The notes beneath the pieces are model-generated. The model worked only from the letters and a program-made list of their open reading frames with translations, was not told the DNA's origin and searched no databases. Below are positions 20,097 through 27,094 of a stretch of DNA of 39,189 bases, one piece after another (the stretch's first letter is position 1; the number at the start of each line of letters is the position of its first letter). Origin of the DNA: Pseudomonadota bacterium (lineage in GTDB: Bacteria; Pseudomonadota; Gammaproteobacteria; Ga0077536). Location of the stretch: the NCBI GenBank assembly GCA_043756885.1, contig JAYUQF010000161.1, positions 1 to 39,189 on the forward strand, read 5' to 3'. Both the position numbers and the translations under genes were made by a program.

Positions 20097-20826
20097 CGAT
20101 CAAAGGGAGCACCTCATCATTGGCACGTACCAGGTCTTCAGGAAAATCGATTTCAAGCCACGGCAGGCCGGTAATGTCTTCGACGTCGATGTGGACGTCG
20201 CTGGCCAACGCCAGATCGCGCAGCGCTTCTTCGTGGGGCTGATCGCGACGGCCGTCGGCAACATAAGCGTCGATCAGGCGCGCCAGGCGTAAGGCGGTCG
20301 CCGCGTCGAATTTGAAGAAGCCGACCGATTCGCCGATGCAATCGTAGCTCAGGTCTGGCGCGATACGTTTGCGGAACTCCACAATGCGATTGCCCGCCAC
20401 GCAGATCTTGACCGGTTCGTCGCCGGGTGCAAATTCTCTATCCATGAGGAAGCAGTTTGCGGCAGGACTGCGCACCAGTCGGCGCAGGATATCGGGGTGA
20501 TAAAGCACATCTGCATCCATCAATACCACATCGTCACCACCGGCGAGGGCGTGACGCACAGACCATAAGCTGACCGATGAACCCAAAGTATAAAGCGGGT
20601 TGTAATGCAGCAGCGCAGCTGGCTGCGCGATGTCCCGCAGCGCGCCGGCAATCTGGTCTGCTGCATAGCCGACGCATAGGCTCAGGCGCGCTATACCGCA
20701 GGCGGAGAGATTGCGGCAATGTCGTTCCAGTAGCGTCAAACCGCCAAATTCGAGCAGGCATTTAGGCTGCGGACGATCCTGATTCAAGCGCCGGCCAACG
20801 CCTGCAGCGAGGATAATGGCGTGCAC
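20086..20826 (-). CDS. LicC/PntC-like (phosphocholine/phosphonate) cytidylyltransferase
   Basis: Motifs [32 protein letters not shown] and [10 protein letters not shown]; overlaps the pepM start by 11 bp. Confidence 0.85.
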   Translation of the reverse strand: MHAIILAAGVGRRLNQDRPQPKCLLEFGGLTLLERHCRNLSACGIARLSLCVGYAADQIAGALRDIAQPAALLHYNPLYTLGSSVSLWSVRHALAGGDDVVLMDADVLYHPDILRRLVRSPAANCFLMDREFAPGDEPVKICVAGNRIVEFRKRIAPDLSYDCIGESVGFFKFDAATALRLARLIDAYVADGRRDQPHEEALRDLALASDVHIDVEDITGLPWLEIDFPEDLVRANDEVLPLIDVS

Positions 20827-20834
20827 GGCCAGTT

Positions 20835-21584
20835 TCAGTGACGCTTGGCTGTGGAAAAAACTTGGCGAAAGCCGAAGTAGGCGATGGCGTCTTTCATGTT
20901 GGATACAAAACGCCGCAGGGGATGCATGCCGAGACTGGTGAGGTATTCAAGGGTTAACACCACACGTCGCTCGCCGTGGGCAGCCGGCGTGACACGATGC
21001 CAGACCTTATCGCCATTGAAAACCACCAAGGTGCCGGGCGTTATTCCAATCGCGCCGCTCACGGTCGCACGCTGGTCATTGGCGCGGAACAATTCGTATT
21101 CCAGACGACAACTCGAGTCGTCAACGAGCCCGAGCAGGACCGTATAACGTGCACCCTTGTAATAGGACGTGTCGTAGTGAAAGCCGATGTGATCGCCGGC
21201 CTCGGTGTAATAGTAGAGCGCATAAGCGTGGGGGTCGTCTGCCGGACAGTGCATGAGCGGACGGCCGCATAATCCTTCAAGAAATGTGAGCAGGGCGCTG
21301 TTGCGATAGAAGGTGAGAAACGCCGGCGCATGGTGATCCATTTCGTAACGCGAGATGCTGCCGCCTTTTTTATGGCCCGGAATAAAATTGCGATGAATAC
21401 GCGGTTCCAGCGCCGGCAGCGCCGCGAGCAGCGTCCGCAGCTCCGTTTCAGGCAGGAAATTTTCAATGGTCAGGAATTCATCATTGGCTTCGAATTGGCC
21501 GTGTAACGCCGCCAGATCGAGGGCCGACAGATGATCGCGCAAGCAATCGAGAGATGGGGAGTCAGGTAAAGTAATAGAAACCAT
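20835..21584 (-). CDS. 2-oxoglutarate/Fe(II)-dependent oxygenase (HxD...H triad)
   Basis: GFHYDTS, then GTLVVFNGDKVWHRVTP and a downstream Arg (ERRVVL); first gene of the phosphonate operon. Confidence 0.8.
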   Translation of the reverse strand: MVSITLPDSPSLDCLRDHLSALDLAALHGQFEANDEFLTIENFLPETELRTLLAALPALEPRIHRNFIPGHKKGGSISRYEMDHHAPAFLTFYRNSALLTFLEGLCGRPLMHCPADDPHAYALYYYTEAGDHIGFHYDTSYYKGARYTVLLGLVDDSSCRLEYELFRANDQRATVSGAIGITPGTLVVFNGDKVWHRVTPAAHGERRVVLTLEYLTSLGMHPLRRFVSNMKDAIAYFGFRQVFSTAKRH

Positions 21585-21617
21585 GATGCAAACGAACGGC
21601 GAGGGCGATGCGGCGCA

Positions 21618-21646
21618 AGGTTACTTGGCTGTCACGCAGCCCGCAA
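21618..21646 (-). promoter_or_regulatory. Putative sigma70 promoter of the phosphonate operon
   Basis: Minus strand TTGCGG-N17-TAACCT, 33 nt upstream of ATG 21584 and just outside the IS. Confidence 0.45.
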
Positions 21647-21701
21647 CCGCAGCTTGACCTACGGGCTCGAGCGCCACGGTAAATTTGTTCTCGATGCGCG
21701 G

Positions 21702-22439
21702 TCATAGCGCTTGGGGGCGGGTGGAGTTTTTGGTCATGCGCAGATAATCGAAGACTAAGCGAGTGTTGCGGTGTAACTGGCGCATTTTTTCTGCGACGCT
21801 GGATTTTCCAGCGCAGATGTATTGGATCGCGCCCACCGCGAAGCGGCGTAGGCGGGAGATATTTTCAGGACCATAGCCGGTGCGGATCCGGCAGCGATCC
21901 TCATCGAAGTTCCAATCGATGACATAGTGGCAGCGGTTCTCGATGGCCCAGTGGCCACGATTGGTTGCCAGGACACGCTGAGGATTGGCTTGTTCTGGAG
22001 GGCGGCTGGTGATCCCCACAGCGGTTTCCACGCTCACCTTGCCGGTCTTTTTGTGGATCACCTCGCGCTCGATCAGGAACACTTGACCCACGTGAGGAAA
22101 CTCAAGGTGGGCATTGAGCGCGCTACTACACCAGATCCGCCGGGTTTCGATCCGCCCGTGGTCCGCAGGGGAGATCTCGACAAAATCGGCTACGGTTCGA
22201 GCCCGGAATAAAAGCGCGATATCGCTCTGCAGCGTGGCTTGATTGCCTTTGACCGTGAAGTGGTAATGCGCCCCGCGCCCGACGATATAGCTGGCCAGTT
22301 TGCGTTGCGTGAGCAGGGCATCGGCGGTGATGTCCTTGCCCTGGATGTCCAGTCCATCCAGTAGTGGGATGAACATCCCGATTTCATTGGTTCGCTTGGT
22401 CTGCTGCCCTCCCGCTACGGGCAAGGTGCCGACTTTTTT
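21702..22439 (-). CDS. ISAs1 transposase C-terminal part (-1 frame)
   Basis: Motifs NEI, ITADALLTQ, VKGNQ, HGRIETR, RGHWAIENRCHYVIDWNFDEDR and PENISRLR. Confidence 0.85.
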   Translation of the reverse strand, partial: KKVGTLPVAGGQQTKRTNEIGMFIPLLDGLDIQGKDITADALLTQRKLASYIVGRGAHYHFTVKGNQATLQSDIALLFRARTVADFVEISPADHGRIETRRIWCSSALNAHLEFPHVGQVFLIEREVIHKKTGKVSVETAVGITSRPPEQANPQRVLATNRGHWAIENRCHYVIDWNFDEDRCRIRTGYGPENISRLRRFAVGAIQYICAGKSSVAEKMRQLHRNTRLVFDYLRMTKNSTRPQAL

Positions 22440-23506
22440 TGGGTGTAGCACAAGGCGGTTTCATGGCCCACGGCGCTCATGATGTGCGTTTGCTGCCCGT
22501 GTTCGTCGATGGCGTTGCACATGGTCTTGCCATCGATGGCCAGGCTGTGGTCTTCCTGGCCAAAGGCGGCATTCCACTGTTGTAGCGCACGATCGAGCAG
22601 AACCGGATCAACGCGAATGAGCACATCACGGATGATCGACTCGCTGGGCACCAGGTAGCGGCCCTGTTCGCGCCGGCAGCCAAAGCGCTCGCGGGCCTGG
22701 GCGCCCAAGTCCTCGGCCCATCCAGCAATGGCCTTGTAGCCGCGCATCCCGCACAGGATGGCTCCGGCGGCGATTGCCAACACCACCGCCAGACGATGAC
22801 GCCGGCCTTGCGCGCGACGCGGATCGGGAATGTCGTTAAAGAAATCAGGCAGGGTGCGCATCAGTTGGGCGGTGAGCATGATCTTCGATCCTCCGGTGAG
22901 TTCAAGGTAGGTTCGATCAGGGTGAGTCAGGAGCACTTGAGGATTGCGACATAGGGCACGAACAAACACTCGCTTGGGGGCCTCAGCCTGCTCGCTGTAG
23001 CCCTGCCGGGTGCGCCGATACCCTTGGGTGAGTCCCAGTTCAATCCAGTTGGCGGCGCGATACACCCCACCGTAAAAACGCCGCGGATCGACAAAGGTCT
23101 CCAGTAACAGCAAACGATGACCAAAGCGTTCCTGCCAATCGCCGACGATCCGGCGCGCGGTCAGCGATAGCACGCGCGAACCCACGTTCGGTCGGTGCCA
23201 GTGCGGCAAGATCAGGAAGCGACTGTTGTTGGCGATCAGCTTGAGCCGCCCGTATTGCGAGCGAAAGTCCCAGCCGATCCAGCGATCGCGAACCGCGCAT
23301 TTGAGCGCCGAGCCCGACATGCTCAGTTGCGCCACCCAGTGCTCACGCCAAGTCGCTACGTACCACACCGTTTGGCCAATCTTGGCCAGATCACCTAGGT
23401 AATGGTGGCGCGCCATCTGCTCTTGATAACGCGCCTCCTCGCCCCGTTGCACCGGGCGCACTTGGATCTCCCAGAGATCTTGGTTGGTGTATTCCGCCGG
23501 TCCCAT
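22415..23506 (-). CDS. DUF4338 (DruA-like) domain fused to the ISAs1 transposase N-terminal part
   Basis: N-terminal HHYLG, RDRWIGW, NNSRFLILP, LLETFVDP and YRAANWIELG.T.G; then IPDPRRAQGRRH, PSESII and AIDGKT. The start is ATG 23506 or TTG 23536. Confidence 0.8.
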   Translation of the reverse strand: MGPAEYTNQDLWEIQVRPVQRGEEARYQEQMARHHYLGDLAKIGQTVWYVATWREHWVAQLSMSGSALKCAVRDRWIGWDFRSQYGRLKLIANNSRFLILPHWHRPNVGSRVLSLTARRIVGDWQERFGHRLLLLETFVDPRRFYGGVYRAANWIELGLTQGYRRTRQGYSEQAEAPKRVFVRALCRNPQVLLTHPDRTYLELTGGSKIMLTAQLMRTLPDFFNDIPDPRRAQGRRHRLAVVLAIAAGAILCGMRGYKAIAGWAEDLGAQARERFGCRREQGRYLVPSESIIRDVLIRVDPVLLDRALQQWNAAFGQEDHSLAIDGKTMCNAIDEHGQQTHIMSAVGHETALCYTQKKSAPCP

Positions 23507-23702
23507 CCCTCGATTTATACCGGGGATCCTTCGCAATGTCCAGCTGTATAGGTCAACTCGTTGGATAACACCGTAATTATCGGTAGGACGAATTCATCCT
23601 GGCTCGAGCGCTGTGTCGCTTGGTTCGCGCGGTGCGGCTGTGCGATAGTCCGCCACCTCTACGCGGACGCCGGTCCGCGCCACGGCCGTGAAGCGGAGAA
23701 CC

Positions 23703-24719
23703 ATGTTCAGATTTGCCAAGCTTGTATTTCTGCTGATTGGCTTTGCGCTGCTGGGCGTGGTGTTGTTGAAAACCGATCTGCACGAACTCTGGCAGCAAGT
23801 ATTACGGGTTGGTTTTGTTGGCATGGGCGCAGTGATGCTGGTCTATGCACTGTATTTCGGTGCCGATGCCGTGAGCTGGCACATCGTATTGCCGGCCGTG
23901 CCGCTTGAGCGCCGCTGGCTGGCACGCACGTTTGCCGTGCGCATGATAGGCGAGGCCTATAACAACATTACGCCCACCGCGTCGTTGGGCGGCGAGCCCG
24001 TCAAGGCCTGGTTGCTCAAGTCTCGCTGGGGGATCCCGCTGCGAGATACCGCTGCGTCTCTGGTCATCGCCAAAACCACCAGCATGTTTTCCTTGGTGAT
24101 GTTCGTTGGTGTTGGCCTGGCGATGTTGTTACAGCATGAGCGTGTGACGGATAGTCACAAGCTGGCGGCCATCCTCGGTTTCGTTTTTATTGTGTTATCG
24201 GCCGTGGTGTTTTTTCTGATGCAACACCTGCAGTTGTCGAGCTACGTCGCGCGCTGGCTACGTGGCACACGTTTTGGCGCGCGTCTGGCCAGTGGCATTG
24301 CAGCCGCCGAGGACATCGACCGCCAGTTTGCAGCGTTTTATCGCGGCCACGGCCCGCGCTTGCTGTGGTCCTTGATATTCGCCATGACAAACTGGGTGCT
24401 CGGTGCGCTCGAGGTATATCTGATTATGGCCTTTGTCGGTTACCCGCTCAGCTTTGCCGAGGTGTGGATGATCGAGTGCATGGTACAGCTCGTTCGCACC
24501 ATCACGTTTTTTATTCCGGCCGGCCTAGGCGCGCAAGAAGGTGCATTCCTGATCGCAGTGGGTGCGCTGACCGGGGTGCCCTCGGCCGGCGTGGCCACAG
24601 CGGTGGTTCGACGCTGCCGCGACGTATTGTGGATAGCGCTCAGTTTGGGTCTGGCCAGTGCCTATGCGGTCAGTCCGCGGCGTTATGCCCGTGGTGAGTT
24701 GGATGCGGCTGGCTCGTGA
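23703..24719 (+). CDS. HpnL-like / lysylphosphatidylglycerol-synthase-type (flippase-like) membrane protein
   Basis: Multiple transmembrane helices, GEAYNNITPTASLGGEPVKA, FFIPAGLGAQEG and VRRCRDVLW; GGAG RBS before ATG 23703. Confidence 0.8.
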   Translation: MFRFAKLVFLLIGFALLGVVLLKTDLHELWQQVLRVGFVGMGAVMLVYALYFGADAVSWHIVLPAVPLERRWLARTFAVRMIGEAYNNITPTASLGGEPVKAWLLKSRWGIPLRDTAASLVIAKTTSMFSLVMFVGVGLAMLLQHERVTDSHKLAAILGFVFIVLSAVVFFLMQHLQLSSYVARWLRGTRFGARLASGIAAAEDIDRQFAAFYRGHGPRLLWSLIFAMTNWVLGALEVYLIMAFVGYPLSFAEVWMIECMVQLVRTITFFIPAGLGAQEGAFLIAVGALTGVPSAGVATAVVRRCRDVLWIALSLGLASAYAVSPRRYARGELDAAGS

Positions 24720-24728
24720 GCTAAGCGC

Positions 24729-25721
24729 TCAGGCCAACATGCCCTGGGCGCGAAACCATGCGAGAGCGTCGGCGATGGCCTCACTGGCGGGACGACTCTG
24801 ATAACCCAATTCCTGCCGCGCACGGCTCGAATCGAAGTACATATTTTTGGCCGCCATGCGCAATGCATCGATGGTGACTTGCGGCTCAGGGCCATTAGTC
24901 AGACGCGCAAACCATTGTGATACCCACGCGACCGGATAAACCGCGCGGCGCGGTAGCTCGATGGTGGGCGGTTTGCGTCCACCCAGGCGTGCCACCAGCG
25001 TCAGGATGGCGCGCAAGGAAAGATCTTCACCGCCCAGAATATAACGTCGACCGATGGTGCCGTGGGCAAACGCGAGCAGGTGGCCAGCAGCGACGTCATC
25101 AACGTGCGCCACATTAAGACCGGTGGCGACAAAGGCCGGAATGCGACCACGCGCGGCGTCGCGCACCACGCGACCAGTGGGTGTTGGCTTGATGTCGCGT
25201 GGGCCGATGGGCGTCGACGGATTGACGATCACGGCCGGTAGCTGGTGACTTACTACCAGCTCATCAACAACCCGTTCGGCGAGAAACTTTGAGCGTTTGT
25301 AGTGTCCGATCATGTCGTCCACGGTGACCGGGGTGTTTTCGTCAGCCGCTCGACCATCGCGGTGATAACCGAGGGTCGCAACGCTGCTGGTATAAACGAT
25401 GCGCTCCACGCCGGCCGCGAGTGCGGCCAGCATCAGTGCGCGGGTGCCCTCAACGTTGCTCTGATAGAGCTCGTTACTGTCGCGTGCCCACAGGCGATAG
25501 TCAGCGGCGACATGATAAAGGCCGCTGCAATTTTGGCAGGCCAAGACCAGGGACGCGCTATCGCGCAGGTCGCCGTAGGCGATTTCGACCGGCAGACCCT
25601 CGATATTGGCACCGGTGCTGGTCGGCCGCACCAGTAGCCTGACCGAATGTCCTTCGGCCAACAGCAGGCGTGCTACGGCACTGCCAAGAAAGCCAGTGGC
25701 ACCGGTAACCAGTACCGTCAC
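24729..25721 (-). CDS. hpnA: Hopanoid-associated sugar epimerase (extended SDR)
   Basis: Motifs TGATGFLG, HVAADYRLW, YTSSVATLG, YKRSK and NPSTPIGPRDIKPTPTG. Confidence 0.9.
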   Translation of the reverse strand: MTVLVTGATGFLGSAVARLLLAEGHSVRLLVRPTSTGANIEGLPVEIAYGDLRDSASLVLACQNCSGLYHVAADYRLWARDSNELYQSNVEGTRALMLAALAAGVERIVYTSSVATLGYHRDGRAADENTPVTVDDMIGHYKRSKFLAERVVDELVVSHQLPAVIVNPSTPIGPRDIKPTPTGRVVRDAARGRIPAFVATGLNVAHVDDVAAGHLLAFAHGTIGRRYILGGEDLSLRAILTLVARLGGRKPPTIELPRRAVYPVAWVSQWFARLTNGPEPQVTIDALRMAAKNMYFDSSRARQELGYQSRPASEAIADALAWFRAQGMLA

Positions 25722-26335
25722 GCGCGCGACCCGCGTGGCTCACGCATGACACGCAGATAAGTGAGCGCCGCGGCCAGACAGGCCAGGGGCGCCCCTATAG
25801 CCGCGGCGTAAAGAAACCATTGCAGGCCATCACACAGCGTCACCAGCGGCATCAGGTACAGCACGTCTTCAGCCTCGAAACCAGCCCAGTGCGCTTGGCG
25901 TGTGGCGTCCTTACCGTAGACGTCTTCCATCTTGGTGCGCAGATAAAAAATGATCGCCACGGCGCCGCCCGCCAACAAACCAAGGTTGATTTCGAGTGTG
26001 CTGTGGGTGTCCTGGGCCAAGCCGACACCGATACCGATACCTGCAAAGAGGCCAACGGTGACCAGCGCATCGGAGAGCAGATCGTAATAATGGCCAAAGC
26101 GACTGGTCTTACCACTCATACGCGCGAACTCGCCATCGGTGTGATCGAGGAAGTTCGACAACACCACCAAAGCGGCGCCGAGATTGGGCCATTGCCCCGT
26201 TGCAAAAGCGATGGTGCCGGCGGCACCGACCAGCAGGCGCAGGGTGGTGAAATGATTGGGATGCACCCAACTCGAACCCATAGCCGGGCGCACCAATGCT
26301 GCTGCCAGACGCGCATCCCAGGGTTTGTTACTCAT
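25718..26335 (-). CDS. CDP-alcohol phosphotransferase family protein
   Basis: HPNHFT and DHTDGEFARMSGKTSRFGHYYDLLSD (DxxDGxxAR...G...DxxxD); 4-bp overlap with hpnA. Confidence 0.9.
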   Translation of the reverse strand: MSNKPWDARLAAALVRPAMGSSWVHPNHFTTLRLLVGAAGTIAFATGQWPNLGAALVVLSNFLDHTDGEFARMSGKTSRFGHYYDLLSDALVTVGLFAGIGIGVGLAQDTHSTLEINLGLLAGGAVAIIFYLRTKMEDVYGKDATRQAHWAGFEAEDVLYLMPLVTLCDGLQWFLYAAAIGAPLACLAAALTYLRVMREPRGSRA

Positions 26336-26384
26336 CGCTAGTTCCCATGTTCGAAAGATTTATATGTTGTCAGTCACCGACCGA

Positions 26385-27062
26385 TCACTTGCACAGCAGT
26401 GCGCCCGCGCCCCGCAGGGCGCGCAGCGCGGCACCGTACCACAGCGCCAACCGCAGCAGAGCAGCGAGTTCCAGCGGCTGGCGTAGCAGCGCCGCAAGCG
26501 TCGCCAGTGGGCGACTGCTGCCATCGTCTGCCATCCCGACCAGCGCGCAAGAAGGCAAGGTAAAACCCGCTGGATCGGCAATACAGCGCAGCACTGCGAA
26601 GGGCAGCGCATGGGCGTGCGCAACGCGGCCGATCGCGGCCGACTCCATATCGACGGCGCCGACCTGCAAGGCGTTGCACAGTGCGCGTTTGTCGGCTTGG
26701 GCGTGCACCGGGGTGTGGGCTGCATAGATATCGCAGTGATACGGGTGGCGCGAGCGCAGTCGCGCCATAAGTTCGGTGCGCAGCTGGGCATCACAGGTCA
26801 GCAGCTCACCATCGGCACCGTGTACGGTGTGGGCGACGACAAGCGTGCCGGGGCGCAGTGCAGGATCAAGCCCGCCACACACACCAAAGCTCAGTAACGC
26901 GTCGCAGCCATCGTCGAGCAATGCGCGCGCTGCCACAGACGCGCGTTGTGGGCCCGGACCTGACACTTGGATCTGATAGCGGCCATGCGCTAAAAATCTG
27001 CCCTGACGCGCCGGCAATGTGCCTGCTTCTGAGGCGAGCGCGATAACGATGCCGACCCGCAT
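26385..27062 (-). CDS. hpnG: Hopanoid-associated nucleosidase/phosphorylase
   Basis: Motifs SGPG, LLSFGVCGGLDPAL.PG, VDMESAA and VLRCIADP; hopanoid gene context. Confidence 0.85.
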   Translation of the reverse strand: MRVGIVIALASEAGTLPARQGRFLAHGRYQIQVSGPGPQRASVAARALLDDGCDALLSFGVCGGLDPALRPGTLVVAHTVHGADGELLTCDAQLRTELMARLRSRHPYHCDIYAAHTPVHAQADKRALCNALQVGAVDMESAAIGRVAHAHALPFAVLRCIADPAGFTLPSCALVGMADDGSSRPLATLAALLRQPLELAALLRLALWYGAALRALRGAGALLCK

Positions 27063-27094
27063 GGATGCCCTGTAGTGGCCCAGCAGCGCTGCAA

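Larger units (their letters stand above)
21675..23601 (-). mobile_element. ISAs1-family insertion sequence, 1927 bp, with a DUF4338-like passenger domain
   Basis: Direct repeat GCTCGAGCGC at 21665-21674 and 23602-23611. Terminal IRs CACGGTAAATTTGTTCT (21675-21691) and CAGGATGAATTCGTCCT (reverse complement of 23585-23601) match 12/17. ISAs1-type transposase motifs lie inside. Confidence 0.88.

Noticed and set aside
20835-21584. BesD/HalD-type halogenase
   Set aside because: The iron motif is HYD, so the carboxylate ligand is retained. That points to a hydroxylase rather than an HxG/A halogenase.
22415-23536. Druantia anti-phage system
   Set aside because: Only a DUF4338-like domain is present, fused to a transposase inside IS ends. 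No large DruE helicase or other dru genes are in the window.
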